This document shows positions 1 to 12,619 of a DNA stretch of 64,000 nt, one piece after another. Source of the stretch: Camelus ferus (lineage: Eukaryota); contig NC_045697.1 in NCBI RefSeq assembly GCF_009834535.1, forward strand, positions 31,808,001 to 31,872,000, read 5' to 3'. Below the pieces are notes generated by a model. The model saw only the letters and a program-made list of their open reading frames with translations, had not been told where the DNA came from and did not search any database. Position 1 is the first letter of the stretch; every line of letters begins with the position of its first letter. The translations under genes were made by a program, and so were the position numbers.

Positions 1-904
1 TAATGTAGAACATGATTTTACTCAACTTTAAGATGACAGGCTAACTGAAGAAACTATTACATCTTCACTGGGTGGACTGACTGATTATACGGGGAAGACT
101 GAAATGTCTGTAGCTCTCTCACTGGGATTTCTGGGATTTTTTTGACTTGAGTCCAGACCTAGACTGCTATCATTGGTCCAAGTGTTAGGCAATCATTTTA
201 CAGGAAGGTGTTGGGTACCAGGGAACACTGTAGAATAGATCAAGTGTCCTTCAGGGGCGCTTCAACTCCCATTTCTCCATCTCAGCCCTCAACCATGTAA
301 CACATGTCCAATATTCTAACTGCTTTCTTGCTTTAAAAGTAACATTGAACCAGGTCACTCAGACTCTATTGTAAAGCAGTTTAATTTCCTTTATCTACTC
401 TAGAATTATGTACACATTTAAAGAGAAAAGAACTAATAAAGTTAAAAGACATGAGAATGAATTCCTAATAGAAAAATTCCAGACACTGGTAAGAGAAGAG
501 GCGGTTATTGACACACTGCAGTAGTGTAGTCCTCAAATCATGCCACACAAAAAACAAAGTGTGTTTGTTCTTCACAGTGGAAGGACTCAAGTTTCATGGC
601 GTGCTTATGGCAAAAAGGACAAAGTAGTAACTATGTAAAGACTTTTTATGGTAACCTATTTGACTAACAAAAAAGGAAGAGTGTAGTAAACTAATCATAC
701 CTTTCGGTACGTGTCGAGAGACCCATAATTGTTCGACTGCCTGCCCTACCCTGTGTACAAAGATCTGCATAAGTAGCCAGGACTGTAAGAGTGTGAAAGC
801 TGAAGCAGATCCTCACTCATGAGGAAGTGTGTCACTCATATTCTAACATACTTGCTAAGTCATACAAGTAAATTCTTACAACCTCTTTAAAAAACAAAAC
901 AGTA

Positions 905-1062
905 GGGAGGATATAGCTGAATGGTAGAGCACATGCTTAGCATGCCCAAGGTCCTGGGTTCAATCCCCAGTACCGCCATTAAAAATAAATAAACAAATAA
1001 ACCTAATTACCCCTCCTAAATAAACAAACAAACAAAACAAAACAAAATAAAAAACCCAAAAC
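905..1062 (+). mobile_element. tRNA-derived camelid-type SINE
   Basis: gggaggatatagctgaatggtagagcacatgcttagcatg...gtcctgggttcaatccccagtacc: Pol III A box (TAGCTGAATGG) and B box (GGTTCAATCCC), then aaataaacctaattacccc and an A-rich tail. Confidence 0.85.
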
Positions 1063-3924
1063 AGAAAAAGGAAATTATACAGCTTAAGCAAATAAAGTTT
1101 AAAATGAAAGATGTAGTTAAATTAGCTCAGCTAATCAATACCTCAAATTCATGAAGAATGTAAGATAACGAAACATTACCGTAACACGTGTCCCAGAATG
1201 CTTATTTATCTACATGTTATCGCTTACATAGCAACATTCAGCTTTCTTCAGTTCTGATAGTCTGAAGCAAAATAGCCTATGGAATTAAATAGCTGTGGTT
1301 GCCAGAAATCACATTTAAGGGCAAGTCAGATCAGCACAAAGGAGAGCAAATTAAATGGGACTCTTGTTCAAGCAACGTGTCACTGACGTCAGGGTGGCTA
1401 GGAGGCAAGGGAGTAAGATTCGACCAAACAGCTTTCATTAGTTGCTTTTTGCATGAGAGAATGTTAGTCAAACAGCATCCGGCTTGGCAGTGATATCTCA
1501 TGGACATAGAGCTAGGAATAAAGAGAAACGTGTCACCAGATGGACTAAAGGTGACCATGAATAATGTAGCAAAGTCAAGCAGGGAAGGAAAAGCTAACAC
1601 AGGGGGAAACTCCTTTACAGCTACCTCCAGTGACATTAACTGACACATTTTTAGGATCAAAGGCATGTCTGCCTTTAGCCTGTGACTTAAAGAATTGCTG
1701 GCTAAAGCAGATGCTCAAGCCTCCATGAAGAAAGATCTAAAGTTTTTGGCAATAAATTAAAGAGTAGTTTCAATGCCTCACCTCACATCTACATCTAAAC
1801 ACTGCTACTTTAAAACTCTATCCAATGGATAGATTTAATTTATCTAAATCCAGAGACTAACTCCAATGGTATCATCTTTCCAAATAATCTGAAGTTATTT
1901 GTATGTGGCCATTTAGAATTACTCTTGCAGCAAAGAGCAATTTAAATGAGAAGATTCAAAGCCAATCCATAATTATGTAGACTGTTTCCTAACTGGGAAC
2001 TCAGAAAACATAGATTCATGCCAGGAAATCAGAGAGGCATTTAATTTAGAGGTTATTGTAATTTTTTGCCATTATCAAAGAGATATGAAAGTTACCAGTA
2101 AAGAAAAATATGAGAAGTATGCTCACTAACCTAGGAACACTTGAAGCACTTAATATGCATTTTTATGGCTCTGGGGACACATGATATAAATGACAACTAT
2201 GTTATAGATACCGTATATGGACAGTGCTGGGCCAGCCTTCTGGTGGTCTTCACAGGAAGGGGAGGACATGCTGATAATGTTCACATATCATGCAGTAGAA
2301 AAAGATACTGACATTATCATTGCAAAGCTCGCCTCTAAACTGTTTTATGCAGGCTAATGGGATTCCTGCAGATGTTTGATGTGACAAATAGATGAAACAG
2401 TCAACAGGCTGTGACTTAGAATGTGTAATAGACTATAAAGCTTCTCCTTCCCCAAATGTCTCTTTAAGGATAGTTTATTCTTGCTCCAGGTGCATAAGTA
2501 TTGCTACTAATCTATCTGAATTTACTTTCTTCTACTTATAGCAATATTTCTATTTGTGGTTTATAAAGTACTTTATGTATGTATTATCTGCTAAATATTG
2601 TGGGTTTTCTACCGTATAACCAAGAAAAGCGAATCCCTGAAGGTTAAGTGGGGCTTGCCAGTCCACGGTGAACAATTGAGGTGGATTTCCATTTGCATCT
2701 GCTGCTCTTCTAACTTACAGTTTTAATTACCAACAAAAGTTGTTATAATGGTTATAAAAGTCTTATAAAAGGGTTAAGCTCACCAGACGCATTTGTATCA
2801 GGTGTGCTGGGAAAAGAATAGATATATTCTAAGAAACGAATGTATTTCTGACAGACCTGGGTCTTTCCAGTTACTTCACTTCTCTCCATTCCGTGTTTAC
2901 CACCCTGTTTAAATAGATAATCTCTCCCCTGGGTTATTGTGATGGGATTCCAACTGGTCATACATAAACTCTTACCTTCCTTCCTCTACAACCACAGTGA
3001 GAGTCTAAAAGCTTTCTGGCCATCTACTGTCAAGTTTCCAAATGTTCATCGGCTTCCCATCATCACCAGGAAAAATCCGTAGCCTTTGATGTGGCTTAAA
3101 AGGCTCAGTTCTCCACTGATTTCTGCAGCTTTCTCTTTCTACATTCTGCCTTCTGGATTTCTTTTCTTTTCTCTATCTTGCTTTTCAGGTGTAGGCCAAA
3201 TGTCTTCTGGTAGATCTCCCTCTTTCTCCCGGATCACTTGAGATCCACATGTGCTCCTTTGGCATCTGTGCTTTTATTTTGTTAGCTTTCTTTACACCCA
3301 GAATTATTTACTGATGAAAAACTCTGTAAGTCCACCGTGTGTTTCTTATTCGTAACTGTAGCATCAACATTTAATTTGGTTGTCAAATTAAAAAAAAAAA
3401 AAAAAAAGAAAAATTAAACAAAAAAATCAACAACAAATGAATGAACAAGTGGATGTAGAAATAAAATGGTGAGTACTGATATGAATGAGAAATGAGTGGT
3501 TCTCTAGTCAGGTTTCCATTTAGCTTTTTAAAAAATAGCCCAATTAAACCCCCCCCGAAACGTCAAAAACCCATATGACAAGTGCATAACGCCAACCTAT
3601 GGGGTATTTTTACACTACTAGTGGTTAATGGAATGACTAACATACGAGATATGACATTTTGCAGATAGAGAACAGCCGTAGTGATGGATGTTGCAAAAAG
3701 GCACACAGTAACAGCATAGGAAACTTTGACTATTTGGAATCAAAATTTCAATGACAGCTCTAACTATGCTATAAATGCATCTGTTTCAGTTTCTACATGC
3801 TGACAACAGCACAAGTGAAATGGAAATTTCACCCTAATTTGAAGACAGATCCTGTCTGCTCTCCATCTGTAGGTGATTTCCACTACCAACTGGCAGAATC
3901 TAGGCAAAAAATAAAAAATGAAGA

Positions 3925-4177
3925 ACAGTACTAACTACTATATATATAGTATATATATATAATATATATAATAGATAAACAATAAGTTTCTACTGTATAG
4001 TACAAGGAGCTATATTCAATATCTTATAGCAATCTATAATGAAAAATAATATGAAAATGAATATACGTATGTATATGTATAACTGAAACATTATGCTCTA
4101 CACCAGAAATTAACACATTGTAAACTGACTGTACTTTCATAAAAAAATAAAAATATTTTAAAAATTAAAAAAAAAAC
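3925..4177 (+). mobile_element. L1 3' end, 5'-truncated (Laurasiatherian/artiodactyl type)
   Basis: atagataaacaataagtttctactgtatag...tatattcaatatctt...caccagaaattaacacattgtaaactgactgtacttt followed by an A-rich tail. Confidence 0.8.
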
Positions 4178-5574
4178 ATTTAAGGCTTTCCAGTTAAACA
4201 TTTAGAGCATTAAATGATTTAACAATACTTTCTATTGTTCTTTTCAATTCTAGGAACAATGACCTGCAAATTTCCTTGGGATAGTTAAGCTTTCTTTATA
4301 TAGGACTACTGTGATGATTGTTAAAAGCAAGATTGCTGGATATAAAATAATATATTTTTGGCACACTTCATTTTCTTCATGTCCCCAGGTGACAAGAAAT
4401 AGCATTTTCAGTGACAATTTATTTGTTATTAGGAAGATTCTAGTTTGAGGTTGGATCGATTTAATTAGTGTGTTTTGTGTGTAGGTAGATTCAGAATTTT
4501 ATGCTGAAATATGGCTAGCAGTTTCTGCTGAGGTGAATGTGTTTATGAAATGGCTGCTTTATCCCTGCATTTGTACTGTCTCCATTTCAAACAAGAAAGA
4601 GCCTGAGGTCGTTGAATAATGAGGGAGACGGGAGAAGGCAGGCTATCAAATATGCTAATGAGTTAACTGGATTGAGGGTTTATTATACTGTGATATCAAA
4701 AGCATTTTGTTTGGGCTTCAAGTTAAAATGCACTATTTAGAAATAAACAGGTTCTAAAGGACATTATACTGCCTTGTTAACAAGCTGGTCCATGCACAGT
4801 CATCCACTCACTGTTCAGGGTGCATCAGGACCACACCAATAAACCAACGTTTTGAACCTGTACTTCCACAGGCAACTGGTGACTTTATTTCCTTAATAGA
4901 ACTTTCCAAGCTGTATCATTCCTCCACTGACAAGTGTTTTGAGAAAGACGTCTATTCTAAACAGCAAACTTTTTGTAATAACCCGATCTAATCAAGGTGA
5001 AGATGTGAGCTCTTTTGAAGTGACTGGATTCAGTACTAAGTGAGCAGCTTCTGGCTTGGCCTCTATCGTGCTGCACAAGATTTCTAGGTGCTGAGGGAAG
5101 TCGTTATTAGGCTGTGTAGAATGCAGGGAACTCTAGAACAATGGAGGCAGTTATGAAAAATTGATATTTCTGGTTCAGGAAAGGAAATCTAGACACAGCA
5201 GTCAGTGTTTTTATTATCATTAGATCAGAACTGCCTATATTTTTAGCTGTGAGAAATATACCTTTTAACATTTCATATTTTCTTTGATTTATGTTTTTCT
5301 ACTGCAGTCTTATTTTTCATGGTGCATAATTCACCATAGAATTATAATATAATCTCAGAGCGATAAAATCAAGAAGCAAGAATGTAACTAAAAAGGAAAA
5401 TGGTTGTTCCTGTGGTATGGCTTGACCCTGTATGGTTCTATATAATACCATTGGATGAGCACAGAATTTCTGTGCATAGGAAATATTTGATTTCCTATTT
5501 GTGAAAAAAATTTCCCAGAAAAGGACAAATATTAAAATTATATTAAAATTTCAAAACACTGATAGGGCAGAAAT

Positions 5575-5815
5575 GGATTAAAAAAAAATACACTCCAAAA
5601 ATTCTGTCTTCCGTAGAAGCAATGAAACTGGCAACAGTGGTCAAAATCAACTTTTCAAACACTCAGGAAATTAACCATAGAATTGCAAAAATTTGCGTAG
5701 TTTTATTCACAATTTTACAGAATCTCAATAAGAAAAGTCAATGTACTGTTGTCACTGAATTGTATACTGTAAAAGGCTGAATTTTATGGTACTGAATTAT
5801 ATCTTAATAAAAAAG
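5575..5815 (+). mobile_element. Old L1 (L1M) fragments
   Basis: tcaaaatcaacttttcaaacactcaggaaattaacc resembles an L1M 5' region; cactgaattgtatactgtaaaaggctgaattttatggt...tcttaataaa resembles an L1MB/MC 3' end. Confidence 0.55.
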
Positions 5816-7778
5816 CTGATAACACTTGTTCACTAAAGAAAAAAGGGGGAAGAAATTCACTTTGGTGTCAATATTTATATACATTCAAAATAATCAGATA
5901 ATGAGATATTACAATATTAAATAAAAGTTTAGGGGAAATATTACCTTTGGAACAATAGCAACCCTCCAAAAATTTTTTGGCAAAATCTCAAATTATATTT
6001 TCACTCAGATAATTCAGTTTTACTACATTGATATAGATGACTTTGAATTTTAGGTAATTAGAGCAAATATCTGCATGGATAAGCATGGAAAATATCAACA
6101 CTGATTTGTGTCTGAATTTGCTTTAAAAAATTTCCTGGGTGTATAGAAGGGATCTGTGAAGTTTAACTATGTTTATGAAACTTCTGTAAAATAGCCCATT
6201 TCCTTGAAATTTTGTACAGCAAATAAATTTTACTAACAAACAAGGGGCAGCTATAAATGATGCATAATGATGAAAAATAGATATGCTTTGGTTTTCTGAA
6301 TCAGAAAGGTGATGAAAAATTAATAATGGGGCATAACTCCAGAGTCTTAAGGCTAAAGCCTGAGTAAAAAATTAGTATCTTATAGAACAGGCTGGGAATT
6401 TGAGAGCATTCATTTCTCCGCAAGCTTCACTTTACAAATTCATGCTACTTTGTTTAATCTCCCTTTCATTCATTAGCCGATTCATTAATATATTTATTCA
6501 CATATTTAATTTAATTTAGATATTTGATGTTCAGTTAATCTTAAGCACTTATTAAGTAGCTAATGGTGCAAAATATTGTTTAAATGTAGTGAATACAAGA
6601 CTGGTAACAATTATAACTCTTCTCTCATGTAATTACGGAATGGACTTAAGGCCACGCGTGGAAATCTTTTGAGGTGTAGCAATTACATATCTCTACTAAA
6701 GGAATTCAAATACAGAAATACCATCACGGCAAGAAGGTCTTTTTATAAGCAGTTGAAAAGTTCTTGAGCGATTCCAAAAATTGCTTAAAGTGCCTTTCAT
6801 ATGTTAAGTTCACACAGCAACCCTTAAAATAGGCACTACTATTATTACCATGTTATAGAAGGCAACTGTGTGGTGGAGACATGAAGGTTCATCAAGTTCA
6901 GCACACTGCTCCTCCCCGTGTGCTATTTTAAAGGTAAACTTGGACATCTTATTGTTTTAGCCATCGTAATTCAGAGAGTATCTCTGAAAGATCTGAACAT
7001 TTTTTCAAGATAACCACAATATCACTGTTAAAAAATAGTAATTTCTTACCATTAAACATCTATCTGCCTTAAAACTCTTTGATGATGATGATGATTTTTA
7101 CAGTGGGCTTGACTGGAATCAGGATAAAATCAATATTCCCACATAGCACGTAAAGGCTGTCTTTTGATTAAAGAAATCTTTTTAAGAGGTTTCTTTATCC
7201 CCTGTTTTTCCAGCAAAATGGCAGTTAGATCCAGACACCTATAAGATTCAGCTCTAACGTTTTTGGTAAGAATACAGCATAGCTCATTTTGGGAGCTTCC
7301 TGTTAACATCAAGAGGCACTAATGTCTGGTGTCTCTCTATGTAGAATGTTAAGATTTGGCAGTGAGATCAGATATTATAAAGTTTCCCATTACCCTTTCA
7401 TGTCATAACTTTAGCATCTGTGGATGACAATTATTTAGATCAATTATTTCACTATATTTGCCAAATGGTGGTATTTTATTTTTATTACTTATTCTGCCAT
7501 GAAAACAAAGCTACAGGGAAAGAGAAAAATGTGGTAGGAAGGGAGTGTGTGCTGTGTTTCCTTTCAAACTCTTTTTATTCTATATCATCAGATAGGTGAG
7601 GACTGAGCTGGCAAAACTTCATCTTTAGTTTGGAAGAGGCAGAGGGAGAAACATTCATACACGTTAATGAATTTTGTCCCTGTCATAATAAATATTATAT
7701 TGGGGGGCACAAAGAAAGAAGTGACAAATAATTCTTGGGAGTTAGAAGCAGTTAGAAACAGCTGGAAAAAGTAATAGA

Positions 7779-7779
<1 letters not shown>

Positions 7780-7820
<41 letters not shown>
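7780..7820. repeat. (TG)18 microsatellite followed by a short CG run
   Basis: Read directly from the sequence. Confidence 0.95.
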
Positions 7821-8690
7821 CTTTGTACACGTGGGTACATGTTGATAAAATGAGAAAGAGAGGAGGCAGAAAATGGAGGACTTTATTAATAGTATAAAGC
7901 ACATTTTAAGTTTTTCTTAATAAGAGTGAGATGAAAACTTTTAAGCAAAAGAATATGAAAAATTTGTGTTGTAGGAAGATCACATTTCTAGCTGCAAGAA
8001 GGATGGACTGAAAGGAAAAAGACTGAGGCAGACCAGTGCAGTCCTTGGATTCCTGCAGCTGAAGTGGAGGAAGATGAAGGTGTGACACTGTAGCTGCAGT
8101 AGAATCAGCCTTTCTTTGTACCCCGAGCTTAGCACTTGTTAAATTAGACTGAAATTTCTAGTCTGCCTTCTGCATTGAACCAGTGAATATCAAACCAAGG
8201 TGACGGGAGCAATTTGCCCCAGGTGCAGGCCATAAAAGTGGATCATTTTAAAATGCCAGTAAAACCTACTATCAATTAATCTGCTTTTTATTATCACCAT
8301 GCACCGACAATCCTAAACTATGTTCCTATTAAAACACTTCTCCCTGACAAAAACATATTTTGTTGGTCTAAGTTCTCATTCATTGTTTCTTTTCATTAGT
8401 TTTAACGAATCAGTTTCCAGTGGGACTTTTAACAGCATTTTAAAGAAAATCTAATTTGCTTCTTCTTTAGTTCCTGCTGCTGTAATTGGAGAGTGAGGGT
8501 CAGAGGGAAAAAGAGACTAGATGGATAGAAGTATTTACTCATGAAAATATAATCCTGAAGATGAAGATTATAATAAAAAGTTTCTTCATTAATGTATTCT
8601 TGCACATAATAATGTTATATTCAGTTATATTCAAAAGTACATATAATAATATTTTTACAAACATTTTTTCAGAATGTCATCTGCTATAGT

Positions 8691-9284
8691 TGAGGTGGGA
8701 AGCCCCATGAAAAGAGACTGGCTGGACCCCCAGGCAGGGCCACTACTCTCCTGCAAGCACCATCCAGTTCCCTGGCCCAGTGGCTTTATCTCACTTTTTG
8801 CCTCTGAAATGGCTTACTTCTAGGAAAGTGGAACTTACCCCTAAAATTCTATTGGTTCCCTGAGCTAACTCCTGATTGGTCCATTTGTAGTGCTTCATTT
8901 GCATGGAGCTCACTCTTGATTGGTTATTTCTCTCACTCCTGATTGGTACATTTCTCTCAATCCTGATTGGTCTATTTCTCTCACTCCTGATTGGTCTATT
9001 TCTACAAAGCTTGTTCCTAATTAGTCACCTTTGTTATAGCTTATTTGCATATGATGTTACAAAATGTTACAAAGTCTAGACTGGAGCCTATAAAAGCCTG
9101 TGTAAACCTACAGAGGGGGTCCAGAGCTTGGAATGTTAACTCCTCTGGGCCCGCTGGCATAATAAACCTGAGTTCTCGAACTCTCTGAGTGCTGCTTGGT
9201 CTCTCGCCTGGATCCAGGTTGCTGTCACAGCTGAGCTGTAACACTGAGCTGTAACACTGAGCTGTAACACACTTTTCTGCAACA
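8691..9284 (+). mobile_element. ERV1-class solo LTR (594 bp)
   Basis: TG...CA termini, 4-bp TSD TAGT (8687-8690 / 9285-9288), six ATTGG boxes in ~24-bp repeats, TATAAAA 9089-9095, AATAAA 9161-9166, and a 3x13-bp repeat in U5. Confidence 0.9.
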
Positions 9285-9879
9285 TAGTATTCTTACATAT
9301 TTAAACTTACAGACTTCTCTCTTTCCTTATAGTGTCCCCTTTTCAACATCCTTATATGTACAAATTCAAATTCCCTTCTTTCAAGCCCCAGCTTAAATTC
9401 CATTGCTACCACAAAGCTGTCTCTTCTCTCTAAACTTATGTAGCAGTGCCTTTGTTATAGCTGACTCCACTGCTTACACTCTGTCAGTCACTGTGTACAC
9501 ATCATCCTATTGAAATTAAATCCATTTTTATTATTGCTTATTCATTGCTGTATCTTTAACATATTTTGTAAAATACTTTGCTCATAGTGGGCACTCTAGA
9601 AATAGTCATAGATTACTTTGAGTTCATGTATACAGAGAATTTACATGACTTTTAAGATGCTTTCCAATTCTGCAGTTGTCTGAATCTTTTAACCTCTGGA
9701 TGTCATGCTTTAAAATGAATGCTTTTGAGAATATAGAGAGGGAGAAAAAATTTGAAAGAAAATAGATTTATGTTTAAGAGTTTTATAAGAAACTCTTCCA
9801 AATTGTATCCCTTTTTAATGAACAAAACTATGCTTTGGTAGTGTTTGCTTAACTAACCTATACTAAAAAAACACTAGTA

Positions 9880-10490
9880 TACAAAGTTGCCATAATTTGG
9901 AAGCAACCAAGGTGTCCTTTAGTAGGTGAATAGATAAACAAACTGTGGTAAATCCAGACAATGAAATATTATTCAGTGCTGAAAAATAAAGGTATTAAGC
10001 CATGACAAGACATGGAGGAAACTTCAATGCATACTACTAAGTGAGAGAAGACAATGTGAAAAGGCTATGCACTGTATGATTCCAACCACATAACATTCTG
10101 AAAAAGGCAACACTATGGAAATAGCAAAAAAAAAAAAAAAAGTGGTTACCAGTGGTTTGGGGAGGGAGGAGGGAATGAATAAGCAGAACATGGGCAATGT
10201 AGGGGGCAGTGAAAAATACTCTGTGTGATACTATAATGATGGATACCCGTCAGTATGCATTTATCCAAACCCACAGAATGTGCGAGTCCAAGAGTGAACA
10301 ACAATGTCAACTATGGACTTCGGATGATAACGATGCATCAGTGCAGGTTCACCAGTTGTAACAATGTACCATTCTGGTGGGGGATGTTGATAGTGGAGGA
10401 GGGTATTGGGGCCAGGATGTACATGGGAAATCTCAGTACCTTCCCCTCAATTTTGTTGTGAACCTAAAATTGCTCTTTAAAAAGTTTTTT
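9880..10490 (+). mobile_element. L1MC1-like 3' end
   Basis: ttggaagcaaccaaggtgtcctttagtaggtgaatagataaacaaactgtgg...aaacccacagaatgt...actatggactt...aattttgttgtgaacctaaaattgctct. Confidence 0.85.
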
Positions 10491-11589
10491 AAAAAGTGGG
10501 GAGCCTTAAAATGACTCTGTAATACAATTGTGTCCACCTACTTGCAACCTGACACAGCAAATGTTCTGTCTTGCTAGTTTGTCCCTTTCCTGGTCCTTTG
10601 GCAAGAGAGTAAAGAATTTTGCTTGGGCTTGTTTCCTCTGCACCTGTTAAGTGTTTCTGGGTTACCAGCTTCTTTAGCAATACATGAGGTACAAAGAAAA
10701 CTTAGGAAGTTCCATTCCCATGTTCTTTGGGTCTCAATGTCTCTAACCAGCCTTCCTTCTTCTATTAGCCTTTAAGAGCCTCTGATTTATGTATATCTAA
10801 GGTGTTTAGTTATAATTACTGGGAGATATAGGGGAACATATGTCTATTCCATTTTTCCAAAATTGAAAAGCTCACAATTTGACTTTCATTTCCTTTTTCC
10901 ATCTTAGTTAGTACTAAATATGGCCCCACTTGAACTGATAACATTAAAACATCAGATCACAAGTTAAATAAATGCTATATATTAAACAAAAGGTATACCA
11001 TATGAGCTCCAAAATATATTTATTTTCCCAAAATACTCAACTTCAATGCCTGCTTCCAACACTGTTGACTTTTGGTGACCCTCCAGATTTTATCTCATGA
11101 TTCTTTGGAAAATGAGTTTCATAGAGCAGTATTAGTCTAAGTCATCTTTAAAATTTGGAGTCTCTTTTTCTTCAGGGAAGAGTCCTTATTCTAGCTTCCT
11201 GCCTTGATCCTCTTGTAACCCAGTTGGAGTCAACCAGGATGTAGCCTCTGGTGAAAGCATAACAGTTTAGGAGAATCAGACCATAAACTTCTTCCCAAAG
11301 GCCATCGCTAGTAATTTGCATTTGTTGAATGTTGTTAACTTTGAGCCAAATGCTTGAGGTATGGTTAAGTATTCAATAGACTATTATTGAAATAATTTAC
11401 TAAGAAGGACCGTCAGGATAGACAATCTCACTAGCATCACTTCTCTTGTGGTGGACATATGAAGCTCTGAAATAGTCCTCATTTACCAAATTCTTGCCAT
11501 TGTGACTCAATTTGAAGTTTTGTGTTGGGAAAAAATAGAGCAGGGTGCGAAGTTCAGATCTACCCTCTGCCCTTCACTGCTAGGTTTTG

Positions 11590-11880
11590 TATTATAGGGG
11601 GATCACCTCTGTTAAATTACATTTCCTAGGCTCCTTTGCCAGCTGGTTTCCCCTTATCTTGGGACAATGGAAAGTGTTGGGGGAAGTTGGAATGTGGGGA
11701 ACTAGGATACTCTCTCCCCTCTCTCTTTGCTTTGGGAGGCATCTTTGGAAGTAACAGTGACTCATTAGAGGCCACAGTTCTTAGTGGACGTTTTACTCCT
11801 CTCTGTTTCAAATTCTTCATCTAACAGTACTGACTCCTGGGTTCTGGTAAGACACACTAATTCCCGTTTCCCTCCGTCTC
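11590..11880 (+). mobile_element. Ancient ERVL LTR (LTR33/LTR16-like) fragment
   Basis: Motif aaattacatttcctaggctcctttgccagctggtttcc...caatggaaagtgttggggg. Confidence 0.55.
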
Positions 11881-12619
11881 TAGGAACGCTGGCAATGCTG
11901 TACCTCAGTTATCTCATATAGATCTTCTCTGTGATGCTGTGTTATCCCCGTTATCCCGTGTCGCACAAGTGGCAAGTGGTGGAGATGGGATTTGAACATC
12001 CTAGCCACCAACCTCTATTCATGTAACCAGTGTGTTGCGGTGGCACTAAGCCATTCTTCCCAAAATGAAATGCAGAATTTGAGAGTAGCTCTTTCCCTAA
12101 AGCCTGGTAGGTTATTCAAGGCAAATCATATATCTGGGTTTTGCTTAACAGTCCGCTGTGGACAGTACTTTATATAATAGTAGAGAGAGAAATCAAAAAT
12201 ATATCCAAAATTGAACACAGATTTAAAATTCTGAGTTAATAATGTTTTTCTCCCTATATTATCCTGAAAGAAATGATGCGATACGTGCTGCTCAACTTCT
12301 GTTCAACCAACCACAGAGGCGGCTGAGCTCTGTAATTCTTGAAGATATTTATTCCCTCTCAGCGCCCCTTCTTTAGGGAAATTTCATGATATTGAGCATC
12401 TCTTTCTGCAGAGACGGTGAGGCTTATGATGGGACAGCTTATTTCCACATATGCAACCAGGAAGAAACCTCCTGTCATTCAGGCTGACCTTTTAGCTTGC
12501 TATTGACATTTCTGCCTCGTAATTTGTTAAGAGGTAACTTCCCAGTTGTATTGGGAGAGACTTTCAATCTGGTTGTCAGCTAAAATAAGATTTTAGTGCA
12601 TCCTCAGATGAAATCGTTT

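Noticed and set aside
905..980. tRNA gene
   Set aside because: A and B boxes are present, but they are followed by a SINE body and A-rich tail, so this is a SINE.
8911..9269. CRISPR-like repeat array
   Set aside because: Head-to-tail tandem repeats without unique spacers, inside a retroviral LTR in mammalian DNA.
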